In this document: one piece after another, positions 50,901 to 62,849 of the stretch
Layout: each line of letters starts with the position of its first letter
How positions within the stretch are numbered: position 1 is the stretch's first letter
Origin: Hyphochytrium catenoides
Lineage: Eukaryota > Protista > Hyphochytriomycota
Length of the DNA stretch: 64,000 nucleotides
Direction of reading: 5' to 3'
NCBI GenBank assembly: GCA_900088475.1
Contig: FLMG01000154.1
Coordinates: forward strand, 182,744-246,743
The notes under the pieces: generated by a model
What the model was told of the DNA's origin: nothing
The model's database searches: none
The model's input: the letters and a program-made list of their open reading frames with translations, nothing else
Made by a program: the position numbers and the translations under genes

Positions 50901-53115
50901 ATGGAGCGCGGCCCGCAGCGGGAAAAGCCTTTTCTTCGCATAGTGAAGCTTGGCGGATCCTCCATAACGAGGAAAGACGAGTTCGAGACGCTACACCCTG
51001 AAGGCCTGCAGAGCGCCGCCAAGTCTCTCGGAAGCCTTCCAGGTAGAGCAAGACTATCAAGGCGCTCCCCTTCTCTTGGACTCTTTGTATAACCCGTTAT
51101 GCCGGTACTTGGATCTCGGCCTCCCGCTTCCTTTCTCTTACCGGCTCCCCCTTTTTTCCTCCTTCCCTTTTCAACCCCGCATCTTTGTGACTCTTGACTC
51201 ATTGTAAAGCGCTGTGATTCTTTTCCAAGGACAAACCATCATAGTGCATGGGGCTGGAAGCTTTGGACACTTCCAGGCGAGTCAATACGGCATTGCCAAG
51301 GGAAATCGAGACCCGACCAACACCGCGTTCTCCTTGCTTGGTGTGGCAGAGACGAGGAGAAGCGTTACCTTCCTATCCAACGCAGTGGTATGGGGACCAC
51401 GTTGTTGACAGTGCCTTTGTTCCTTGTCCTAAATCTCTTTAGCCTTCTACTTCCATCCCCGTCGATTCTGGTTTTCTAGCTCTCCTTCTCGTTCGTCTTT
51501 CTCCTCTGAACAAGCTCTGTTGCTGCTAGCTTCGTCTTTGTCGTCTCTCATTTCCGATGTTGATATAGCTCTATGTTTCTGGTACTCTCTCTTCTAGCAC
51601 GTCAAAAGAGGTTCAACCATTGCCTCTTCTAGCTGTCTTTTTGCCTCTTGGCGTCTTTCTTTCGTTAGTACCGTCCGCCCCCGAGTCCGTTATCCTAAGG
51701 AATCCCTCTATTTCTTGACACACCGTTGTGGATAGGTTGCTGCCCTCTGTAAGGAAGGTATTCCCGCTGTCTCTATCTCCCCATTTCCGTCCTGGGTTAT
51801 GCGGGACCGACAAGTAGTGACGAGTAACAATATAGGAGACGTGAGCAAGGCATTGGAAGAGGGTTTAGTCCCGGTACTACGCCTATTTATCTTTAACTCT
51901 CCTCCATCTCGTCGCGTGACAGAAACTACTGATCTTGTAAGCTATTCTCTCTCCTTTTTTGCTTTAAGCCAACTTCTTGAAGCTCTTGGTAGCTTTGTAC
52001 CATTTGCTTACGGCTCCCTTCTCCCTTGCAATTTGTCTCATGTACATGCGGTTCCCATTACGGCAGGTTCTTCACGGTGACGTGGTCTATGATGAGCAGC
52101 GCACGTTCACGATCCTCAGCGGAGACACCATCATATCTTGTCTGGTAGAGCACTTCAGGTGGACTGAGCTATCTACCACACGTTGCCGTTGAGTTTCCGA
52201 TCCCTCTCGCTATCGCTTCTTTGCCCCTTTCAAACTGCGACTTCCCCTCTTGCTTCTGTTGTTTCCTTTCCCTCCATAGCGCTCGTGAGAGCTTCCACTA
52301 AGTAGCGTTTCTTCATTCGTTGCGTTCCTCGTTGGCCATCCTCAGTGTGGATGTGGTGGTGTTTCTTACAGATGTTGATGGAGTGTATGATCTACCTCCT
52401 TCCTCATCAGAGGCCAAACTGTTGAGTCTCATTTCAGAGCCCAAGGAACACCACGAAGGAGAGCACTTCGACTGTGAAGGGGGTGTCAGAGGAAAACGTG
52501 GTATCATTACTTCCACTGCCGCACATGACGTCACAGGAGGGATGAGAGCTAAAATCACGGTAGATAGTGATGTAACCCTACCTTAGCCGTCCCTTGGGAC
52601 TGCTCTTCTTCCTCTTTTTCTAAACGTACCTCTATCGACTCACCATCCGCCAGCTTACACCTATGGACAATAGACTTGCTCTCTTCTACGTGCGAATGGC
52701 TGCCTTTTCATGGAAATTGATCAAAATGGGTCTTCTGCTTGCTCACAACGGTAGATGGCGTTCACAATTCTTCGGACCATGGAAAAGAGAAACAGTAAAA
52801 AGCCAGCGGACACTTTTATCGGCTGCGAGAAGGAGCCACTAGTCTGCATCGCCAGGGTCGGCAGTGAAGCTTCTCACAAGGTCCTCCTGGTGCAAATGCT
52901 GATTTCTTCTTTCAAATGTGCCCTTCACGCCTTCTTCGCGCTTCTAGACCCCCAGGACAGATAATTGACAACGCTTTTTCCTTACGAAGTCCTTTCTTTC
53001 TGACTATTGGTGGCATTCGCAGGCTCTTCTTGGCCAAAGGTCTAGGGAGTGCACGCATTTCGCACTCGTTGCAAATAGGTTAGCAGTCTCCAAAAACAAC
53101 GACGGAACAGAGTAG
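50901..53115 (+). CDS. IPK: Isopentenyl phosphate kinase (amino-acid kinase family), about 7 exons
   Basis: IVKLGGSSITRK; IIVHGAGSFGHFQA (IPK-diagnostic His); GLVP|VLHGDVVYD...ILSGD; FLTDVDGVYD; DVTGGMRAKI. Confidence 0.85.
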
Positions 53116-53520
53116 ATAACTGGAGCAAGTATCAGGGGAGACCCATGGCAAGAGCAGAAATTAAAGAGTCCATCAACTGCATGAGAGGGAAGCTGCGATG
53201 TTCATGTGGCTCACTGTTTGAAGCTGGTTCGGAGGAAAGATGTTATATTATTTATTTGCTGTACGGACCACATTGTCCCCAGACTAGTTTAAGAAGAATC
53301 CGATGACTCCACATCATCGACCTACTCTTGCGAGGACGTCAGTCTTGCCTATCGCGTGTTTAGTCTATTCCTGTCTCCTTTGCCGCCAGGGTTAGAAGGC
53401 TAAGCCAGGCGGTGAACTCGCCATATGATCCTCACAAAATTTCCACGTCAAGGCACGATAGGCGATCCCTGTGTAGATTGCGAAGGATTTGTAGGTGCGT
53501 CTCTTGACTGAACTAGCTCC

Positions 53521-54055
53521 TTAACCGAAGGTGATGGAGCTCTTGCCTCCTGGAGGAGCATGGAGGCGCGTGGTAGGGCGATCTGTCAGGACGTTGCCAG
53601 CATTTTGGTTGGATCCGTTGGCATAAGCGTTTGAGGAGACCTTAGAACGGCCACCAAAAACAACATCTTGCGCTGGGTTCTCCTCACGCTTGGGAGCCTC
53701 CCTGCGAGCGTCATGCTGTTGTTGCTGCTGTTGCTGCTGGTGGTGGTAGTCCTTCTGTTGCTGCTGGTAAAATTGCTGTTGCTGTTGTTGCTGTTGCTCC
53801 TGAGACTGATAGGGCAAAAAAATTGGACGTAGATATGTAAGCAACAGAACATTAGTAGGATCAAAGCAAGGCCCGACTTACAGGAGGACGGCGTCTTCCT
53901 CCTCTCTGTGGCTGCTGAGGTGCGGCATCATCGCCCCCACCAAAGAGGAAGTTTAGCTGGGAGCTTCCTCCTGGAGGCGCATGTAGACGAGTGCTAGGAC
54001 GGTCACTCAGAAAGTTGTCGCAATTCTGCGACGTCTGATAGCCTGATCTTGACAT
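53521..54055 (-). CDS. SPIRAL1-like microtubule-associated protein with a central poly-Gln tract (exons 54055-53882 and 53805-53521)
   Basis: Two SPR1/HN1-type motifs: QNCDNFLSDRPSTRLHAPPGGSSQLNFLFG and QNAGNVLTDRPTTRLHAPPGGKSSITFG. Confidence 0.85.
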
Positions 54056-56262
54056 GGTTAATACTCTTAGCGGCGGGCTTGGGTTCCTGACGTGTCTCTA
54101 TCGTTGGCGATGGCTCTGTGGATGTGCAGCAGATTGAGTTGTGGCTGCAGTGAGCGCCGTGTCGGACAGCCGCTGTTGCTGCTTGGCCTTGGTCCTTTCC
54201 CTGGCCTGGTTCCCTTCCTGGGCAGTGTCGAACAGCTTGTGTTGCCTCTGGTTGTCGCTTCCTAGTAGGGCGGAGGCACGGACAGTGCAAGGCATCATGA
54301 GTTAGTGAGAAAGGTTTGTGAGTTTGACTAAACTATGGCTTTATAATACGAGCTGAGGATGCAAAGCTTGGGTGTGAAACCTAATGTGTGTGTGTGTTAA
54401 AAAGGTGGGCTGGTCGGTTCAAATTTCGTATCTCTCGGAAAGGTTCCCGTAGGTTTCATGGGGAAAGTATTGCAACGGCCATACAATTGCTGAAGCTTAC
54501 CCGCTTGGAAAATAAGGTAATTAATGGAATCTTCCCGCCAATTTTCAGTTGGGAAGATGGTGAGGACCTCCCCATCTCTTTGATAATAGTGATGACCAGT
54601 TCACCACATTGTGTAGGGGAGGCGAAGGCCCCCCTCTGAATAGCACTCAAAGGAGCATCGCCGGCTAACGGGGTGAGACACTCTTCCTTGATGGGCGGTT
54701 ATTCTGGTACTGTACAACCTTGCTTCCGTGTCCCATCATCTTCTGTGCTCTTCTTTCGCTCTTACTATGAAGAAGGATCATCACATTCCCTTTGCCTGAC
54801 AAGAGCTGCTGCTGCTGTTGGTTGCTGCCACTACAAGTAGTTAGAAGTTAGCGTTGCTGCTGCTGCTGCTCCTTGCAAGCTCCCACAACCTCTGTTTGTT
54901 TAACTGAGGAGAAGTCTCGGTCTCTACCGTAGAACTATCATCACTCTGCTCTCTCATCCTCCTCCTCCTCCTCTTCTTCACCATCAGCAAGAGAAAGCAA
55001 CCACACCTTCTTCTCAACAAGGCTCAACACCTCAGCAGCACTGCTGATTGTTGTATGTCATCAGTCATTCCACGCACCGCCGCACCCAGTTGCCACTTAC
55101 TCTAGCATGCTTATGTGTGGAGCAGGGTCTATCATCAAGGGGCTTTGTCTACGAGTACGGTAGTAATAGTGATGTAGGCGGGACTGTCAGGACAAAAAGA
55201 CAAGAATAGATCATGGCGGCGATCAGCAAAGAAACGAAGGTATTAGCTACTAAAGCTATCCACACTTTTGGATTGGTGCTGCTATTATTTGCCGCTTCGT
55301 GGGGTCGGTCGACTAGTGATGGTGGCAGAGGCAGGCGCGCCGGCAATTCTTAAAGCCAGAGGATCAGCCATAACTGGTAGTAAAACCCCCGTTGGCTGCG
55401 CGGCAAAAAAGCCTGTGGTCACCCCTCACGTTAATCTCCTCATGCAATGCGACGAGATCCGTCTATATAAAGCAGGTTGTGCTGTTATATGTTGACGTGG
55501 TTTCGGACCATAAATAGATGAGTTTGCGGTGCAGCAGCAATAGCTGCTATCTTGTATGCACTGCTGAGAAAAATACTGCGGCGACAACAAGCAGGAAAAT
55601 AGAAGTTATCATTGAACGGGGAGCAAAAGGGGCCCAGCTCTAATGATGCTCGAAATAGATGAGGTGCACATCCGCCAAGAACACGAAGCTGTGCTCTTAA
55701 CTTGAGGGTGGGATACCGTGGGGCAAGGTGGTCCTTACGTACCATCGTTGACAGGGGAGATGCGCTACCGTCTTTCTACCGCTACTGCCTAAGGAAATGA
55801 GCAGGAGCAATCGTCTAGTCGGAAAATTATTGTTGGTTCGGGTGGGGATCTGGTAGCAGGATGTCGAGCCCCAGGAGGAGACATGTTACCAAACCCACAA
55901 ACACGGACATCATAGTACTAGCTGAGGAGATGCAAGAGGTCATCCGAGAAGATGTGGAGGAAAGCAGGGTGAGGTTGTTACTTCTCTGTGAGGTTATTAT
56001 TGGAGGAACGAACCGACCTAACACCCTGCTGCTGCTGCTGCACCTCTTTAGAAGTTATGACGATTGGCTGTAAAGTAATACTACTAATCCAGCAGTGTGA
56101 CCTGAGCCCTTGAGAGATCTGGCGACTTGTTACTTTTCATAGCTTTCCTCCTACCTACTCTAGCTCGTTAGGGTACTTTGCCTACTATGATGATTGTGGG
56201 CCTCCTTTCCCTCGAACTCTTATGACTTCCTGTTCTCCTTTCCCCATCACGGGCATTCTTAG

Positions 56263-57792
56263 TTAACCTTTACGTTGTTGTTTGACGCTAACTAGAGAAG
56301 AAGAGGATTGGGGTGCAACCTTGCCTTTTCCTCCTGGTGGAGATTTTGCCTTCTGCTCTTCTTGAGCACACCAGTAAAGAAAGCGGTTGTACGGCCCGAG
56401 CAACATCCCATACACCTCATCTTCAACCTTGAGGAAGAGACCTGCGGGCACAGTCCCATCCTTGGAGCTGGTAACAGCCTCACGAACCGCAGCCAAAACA
56501 TTATTTCGCAGAGACGAGCTGATGTTGATCTCATACGTGACGTTGGGGGTGATATAATTCTGGACAATATCTTGTGCAGCGGCCACCCCTTCGGAGCTTT
56601 GTGACTTTAAGTTGAAGTCTTCCATAGCCATTAGGAACACCATGTTCTCCACTGCAAGCTCCCGCACCATATACTCTTTGAACTGCAACTGCGTCTCCTT
56701 CGAGGCGACGAGGTCGGTTCTCAGGTCTTTGATGTTCCGGACTTTTCGGACGCTCTCCTCTTCCTTTTTGCTGTCCCGGGACCCGCCGGATACTTGGCTG
56801 CTAGTGCGCCTGAGGGCATCCTGTCGTTTCCTAACTCTCTGAGCTGATAGTAGCAGCTGTATGGGCATTAAATATAGGTAGGGGAGAAGATATGTGCCGA
56901 TCCAAACGAAAGTGCAAAACCAGCTGAGGTTGTCAAAGATACTTCTGGTCAAGGAGCCGTCAGTGAGGAACTGCTTCAACCAGAAGGGCATCTCTAGAAA
57001 GAGGTATCCTATGGAGACGATAGATGTCACCTTTGTGACAGTTTGCGAAAGGGATATGCCTCCTGCACTTCCTTCAAATTTGCAGCGATGCGCTTCGAGA
57101 TACCGACAAAGAAGGTGCCGTTGACAACCTTAATGACGAACTGCGAGAGCAGAAAATTAAGGTGGGGTCAACAAGGGCCATATGCTCTCAGGAAGTGCAT
57201 GACGGGACAAATGTCCTACTAATAGATGTTGACCTACCTCTGAAGTACTCATTGACGTGCACCTCCAGTCATCCATAGGAAGGTTTAGGGTCTCTGCATC
57301 GCGGCTAGAGAGCCGATAAAGAGGGAAGGTCATGGTGACGACCGTGGTAAACAAGATGCCCATAATAATGAGACGATGGCCCTCATAAAGTGACCGATTG
57401 CGTACAAACCAATTGTTTAGATCTCCGGTTGCCATACTTGCCTGACATCTGTACTTTAGCCATAGATGAAGATGAGTGGTACATCCGTAGGCTGCTGTCG
57501 GGACGTAAGTTAATTGTACGGCTAGAATGTGTGCCCAACAAGGGATGCCAGGAGTGATCAGAGGATGAAGGTAAGAATAAACCGCAGTGGTCATGAACAA
57601 TGTGCTGCCACCAACGATGTGAACGGGTGCAACTGTGAGAGGAAACACGTTGCGATAAGTCCATAACTTGACGACAACAAACACAGCCGTTATGGTTAAT
57701 GCTATTTGCAGAAACCAGGCCAAATAGAAAGCCCATGACCCAGTCCCTGACGGCCAGTTTGATAAATGCGGGTTGGGAACGGTTGAAGCCAT
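56263..57792 (-). CDS. 7-transmembrane RGS protein (plant RGS1-type architecture); one intron and an apparent 1-nt frameshift near 57060
   Basis: Seven hydrophobic segments including PCW in TM3. RGS box FKEYMVRELAVENMVF...IVQNYITPNVTYEINISSSLR...LFLKVEDEVYGML..PYNRF. Confidence 0.8.
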
Positions 57793-59414
57793 GTCCCCAA
57801 TGCCCTCCTCACCACGTGCAATGGAGTCGGTGGTAGTAGGTAACCACTACGTTGCTTGAACGACTGCTCTCTCTGTTCTGGGACCTCACCAGGCAAAGCC
57901 GATGCCAACAAGGAACGGACGATGACGAAGACTGCTGATGAAGACAAATGGTAAAAGAAGTCTTCTCGATGGGTGGCTGCTTTGAGCTAGTGCATTTGGA
58001 GCGGGGAGGTGTCGTCTGATCAACAATATTATTCCTGACCTGATGTTTTATTTGGAGGAGAGTTCTCCTCACCCTGGCCTCTTTTGCCACCACCTGCTAT
58101 TGCCCATCATCAACAGAGGTACTAATCTTGCTTCCCATGCTAATGCTTCTTTTCCCTCGTTCTCTTTTTGCTAGTGATAAGATAAGCATCAGGCGAAATG
58201 CCAGTAGTAGACGGTGATGCAGGAAACAACGGTCCGTGGAACATGCCTTTCCTTATAGAACATCCTTTCTTGATTGTAGGAGGTGGCTGGAGGACCAAAC
58301 TTGACCTCTGAGTGCTATTATACTGGCCATGAGAAAGCCAAAGCCGCACCCACACAGTGCGCGTGCCCACCGGCAGCAGCAGCAACACCAACATCACAAC
58401 AAAGGAGCGGACGGAGGGAATAATCGAAGTAGTAGTAGTGTGGTTGGGGGCGTGATGACGGTCGGACGACGTGGAGGTAGGCATTCCTTTAGACAGTAAC
58501 GGACGGGAACGAACCGTCTGACCTATGGCTCACGTCGTCTTCTGGCTAACCTATCTGCTTCACAGCCTCCGCTCTCCTAAAGATCAGGGAGGCCGAGACA
58601 AGCCGTTCCCATCACCTACCCACCCGTACTCTCAGCCGTTACAGAACCATGCCATACTTTTAGCGAGCTCCATACCGGCAAAAGAATCTCAAGTGGGAAT
58701 AGACCGATTGTAGTTATCACATCTATACCTCAATTGATATAGGGAAGATTATTGCCCAAACTAACTAAATAAAATTCTTTTCCACACAAAATTGATCATA
58801 AAACAAGGCCGTAGATCAGCTCTCAGATTTCAGTTATAAAGGCTTAGAACAGCACAGGAATAACTTTTTCTATATAAAAAAGAATAAATAGAGAACCTTT
58901 GCACAGAAAGCTCAGATACATAAACCCCGAGGTACATCCTACAGTACAAGGAGAATGAATGCATCAGCTGATCTTCTTGTGGAGTGTCCTCTTATGCGCA
59001 CTGTTCCGATCTTCCTTATTCCTACAACGTACTTCTTTTGGGGATGCAGCCATCGTCAAGCCTTATTGCGCCTTCCCTTCCTTCGCCGGTTGAGAGGAAG
59101 CAGCGGCTCAGCTGAAGGCGTTTATTGTTCGCCACCAGCAAGAGAAGCAACAACTTGTCAGAAGCTTGGCCTCATCTGGTCTTATAAAAGTGTAAGTGTT
59201 TTTTGGTTGTGGCAGCTCAGATTGTGTCTTCTACTACGTGCGTGTGCTGAGATCCTTTTCAAATTATAGGGTTTGGACGCTGCTACTCTTGAACTTTTGG
59301 CGCTGCGCGCAATAAGAGAAAGAAGATCAAGCCTATTACTAGTGGTGGAAGCGTATTCCACCCACGAAGATTTGCCGGGAAAGGAAAAATATATAGCAGA
59401 AGGCACAACAGAAG

Positions 59415-60543
59415 ATGGCTAAAAAGATTACTCTCTTTGGAGGGACCGGCGGCACCGGGCTTGCATTCATCACCCAGGCTCTTGAAGAAGGCCATCATGT
59501 CACAACTCTCGTACGTAGTCAGGAGAAGCTTATGAATGGCTTGCCAGAAAAAGACAGAGGGAGTGAGAAGCTGAAGGTAGTTACCGGTAATGTCCTCCAG
59601 AAGGACAATGTCATGCAAGCACTTAGCAGTGACACTGAAGTGGTCGTGATAGCCCTAGGTAAGGTTATACCACCGTTCATCATGATGGCGAACTCCACAG
59701 CCGGATGTGTTTCTTGCCCCTCTTGACTGCTTTGCAGAGATTACTCTTGCATGAGCTAAGAAAAGAGCTTGACCCTATCGACTGGAAGTACCCTTTACCC
59801 CCCTCCCGAGCGCCGCCCGGTCCTATCTCTCCCTACCATTGAAACAAATTTTCCTTTTTATCTCTTCACAGGAAGCGCGGGGTCAAAGGACTTGAAGGTC
59901 TGTTCAGAGGGCACCAAGGTGATCCTACAGGCAATGCAGGAGGTCCAATTGCCAAAGAGCACACGCGTTATCGTCATCTCTTCCTGGGGAGTGGGAGACT
60001 CTAAGGAAGATCTCACCTTTATGGTGAAGTTCTTTGTCTGGGCTTTCATCGGAAAGGCAATTGGTAATCCTTCTCGGCTTTTATACCCTTAGGCTTTATT
60101 TGCTCCTTAATCGTGCTTAGCTCATGTTCCTTGAGATTTTCAACTGGCTCCTTTGAGCTCTGCCGTTCTTCATTAGCATCTTCTATTATTGTGCCTGGTC
60201 TCTTCTCTTCTTCTCGGATTACCCCATTCACGATCCCTTCCTGCATACTCCAACCTGGCATCTTCCAGTCAGAATTCACTCAGTTGCTTCACTTCTGCAT
60301 GGTCTCTTAGCGGACAAAGAGATTCAAGAAAAGGATATCCAAGAAAGCGGATTCGACTTCATTATCGCGAGACCAGCTGGTCTCACCAATGGCCCCAAGA
60401 CCGGAACCTATCTGGCAGCCGAGCATGTCAAGTCTGGCTCTAACCGTATCTCCAGAAGCGATGTCGCAGACTTTGCCTTGAAAAACATATCTGATGCGAC
60501 GTGGGTGGGTAAGAAGCCTACCTTGATGTATGGAAGGAGCTGA
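59415..60543 (+). CDS. NAD(P)H-binding atypical SDR (flavin reductase / biliverdin reductase B-like), 3 exons
   Basis: ITLFGGTGGTG...GHHVTTLVRS; VVVIALG; ISSWGVGDS; ADKEIQE...IIARPAGLTNGP; ISRSDVADF. Confidence 0.88.
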
Positions 60544-60878
60544 ATGAACTGGTCATAAGAAGTCGGCGAGAGACAAGTAGACCTTGCACGACTCTAGGAA
60601 AAGGCAAACTCAGACCGAGCAGTGCAAAAGGGTAACAGGTATTTGAGCTTGATCTGCTTGAAGTTCTCCTATAGATCAATACAAACTATGCATTACAGCG
60701 GACCGGGCACACATTCATTAAGCATTATTGGCATAACATCAAACACTGTGTAGAGGTGGACGGAATACTCATCAGGCAGCTGGTGTGGCCATATATAACG
60801 TAGTATTTGTGGCACGCTGCCATCCCTTAGAGTACACTTAACTGTCATGCAGAGATAGAGACATAGGTGGCAGATGCG

Positions 60879-62182
60879 TCACTGTTCGGCTGTGCTATTA
60901 CTGGTGCTTGTATCCGTAACCTGTGAGTCCAGCCTGCTACTTGTGCCAAGAGTGTTGGTTCCAGTGCTAACATGAGCAGCGTTGACGGTACTAGTTGCCA
61001 CATTGTGCCGTGAAAGAGGAGGCTTCGGAGACACGGGTGTATCTCCTCCTACTAGAAGCCTGAGGTGGTCGCAAATTACTCGTAGGGCAGCCTCATTGGC
61101 TCTCCCGGAGTGGGGGATGATGAGGTGTGATCTTCCTTTGTATGGCTCCACAAAGGTATCATGCATTGGCTTGACATGCAGTTCATACATGCGCATTACG
61201 TCTTCAGCCTTCATACCTCTGGCAACGTCTCTCTTTAACCGACGGAGAAGACGCAAATCTGAATCACAGTCTACCACGATGAAATTCAGACGAGTGAAGA
61301 AGAGAGTAGGAAAGAAATCCCGCGTTAGACCAACGATGAAACCTTGATGTACCCAAGAGGTAGCGATAGATAATCCAGGAGTAAGTGGGGCATGCATCGA
61401 ATAGCAAAGAACACTTCAAGCTGACTAAGGAAGCATACCGAAGGAAGGGTGGAGAGAAACGCTAGCGGCTGTACATGACGAAGAGAACCTTCAAAACAAA
61501 GGGCAGCAAGCTGCCATGGATGACACGAGAAAAACTGCATAAGATTGATAAAAGGACGAGGAGGAGGAGTCACCAAGTGGATGCAAGGAGGTGTGAGAGT
61601 CATTGTGCCATAGAAAACAACGTGTGCCAGGAAACAAGATCATTTCCGGCACTGCAGAGACTTAAGCACTTCAAGGATGCCCTACCGACGAAGAGGATCA
61701 GGTCCACCGCACTAACGATTCGCTCGTCGTGGAGGAGAAGAATGCCATCAACTAAAATAACGCGACCCGGAAGAGTTTCTGTTGTTTCTTGAAGTCGTGC
61801 ACAAGGGACGTAATCAAAGACGGGGATCTGGACGGGTCGCCCTTGCTTGAGCTCGTGAATATGCTGGACCATGAGGTCCATATCAAGCGCATCTGGGTGG
61901 TCATAATTCAGCTCATACCGCTGGGGGATAGGTACGTGCGTTTGGTCTTTGTAGTAAGAGTCCTGGTTCAAAGTGCACACCTGGACCGCAAGGGGACAAC
62001 CCTCTATTAAGCCATTAAGCAATTTCCTGCTGTGATCTGATATTCTTCTATCAAGCTCGGCGGCCTGGAGATAGGCCCGATCGTACCTGGTGTCTTCCCA
62101 CAGCTTCTATAATAGCGTTAGTTAAGGTAGATTTCCCTGCGCACGTGCCGCCAGCAAGAGCAATGACGTAGGGAGGAGTCAT
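60879..62182 (-). CDS. udk: Uridine kinase, 3 exons
   Basis: Walker A VIALAGGTCAGKST; LNQDSYYKD...NYDHPDALD; PVFDY; ILVDGIL; DCDSDLRLLRRLKRDVARG; VKPMHDTFVEP. Confidence 0.92.
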
Positions 62183-62849
62183 TGTTGGAAATCGTTAAAG
62201 CCCTGGCCCGTGGCGTGAAAGGCCACAGCAGCCAGCCTCAGCCGGTGCAGGATATAACAGAGCCCTTTAGACTGATGACCCAGCCATGCCACGCCCAACA
62301 GAGATCATGTAAAGCCTGCGGACTGTAAAGAAAGAAAGCTCCACTTCCTATCGAGAACTTCGCCAAAAGACTGTTCATGCTCTGCTGGAACTTCGTCTGC
62401 AGTTTCTACGATAAAGGCCTAAGCTCTGTGCTTGTGCGCTGTGAACTCTTTTCGCGTTGGCTCCCGAAAATAAAGGCAAGATCCAAGGACATATTATCAA
62501 GGATAAACAGAAGTATTATTCCTGCGAAAGTATCTTACCACTTATGAAAGATTCCTTGACTGAACTATTCCTTCAACGATTTTATCAGTTTACGAAAGGT
62601 TTCAGAGAAACCAAAGCACAGAATGAAATGTATTCTGGTTCTGGATAGAGATCTCTTTGGGGGCGGCCACAGCGCGCTCTCGGAGCTTCATTTTGTGGCG
62701 CAGTGAGCCTTTGGAACAGAGATTCAGACTCCAGATAAGAGAGCCAACTGCTGGCAGTGGGAAGCGACTTCTGAGAGTTTGAAGAGCAGATTCAAGATCA
62801 GGTGGTTCAAGGATTGATCTTCTTTTGGTTGGGCTTCACGGTGTTTAGG

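Noticed and set aside
54300-56250. Gene-poor stretch (also the AT-rich 58500-58960) as a transposon or ncRNA locus
   Set aside because: No terminal repeats, transposase/RT motifs or recognisable structured RNA found by eye.
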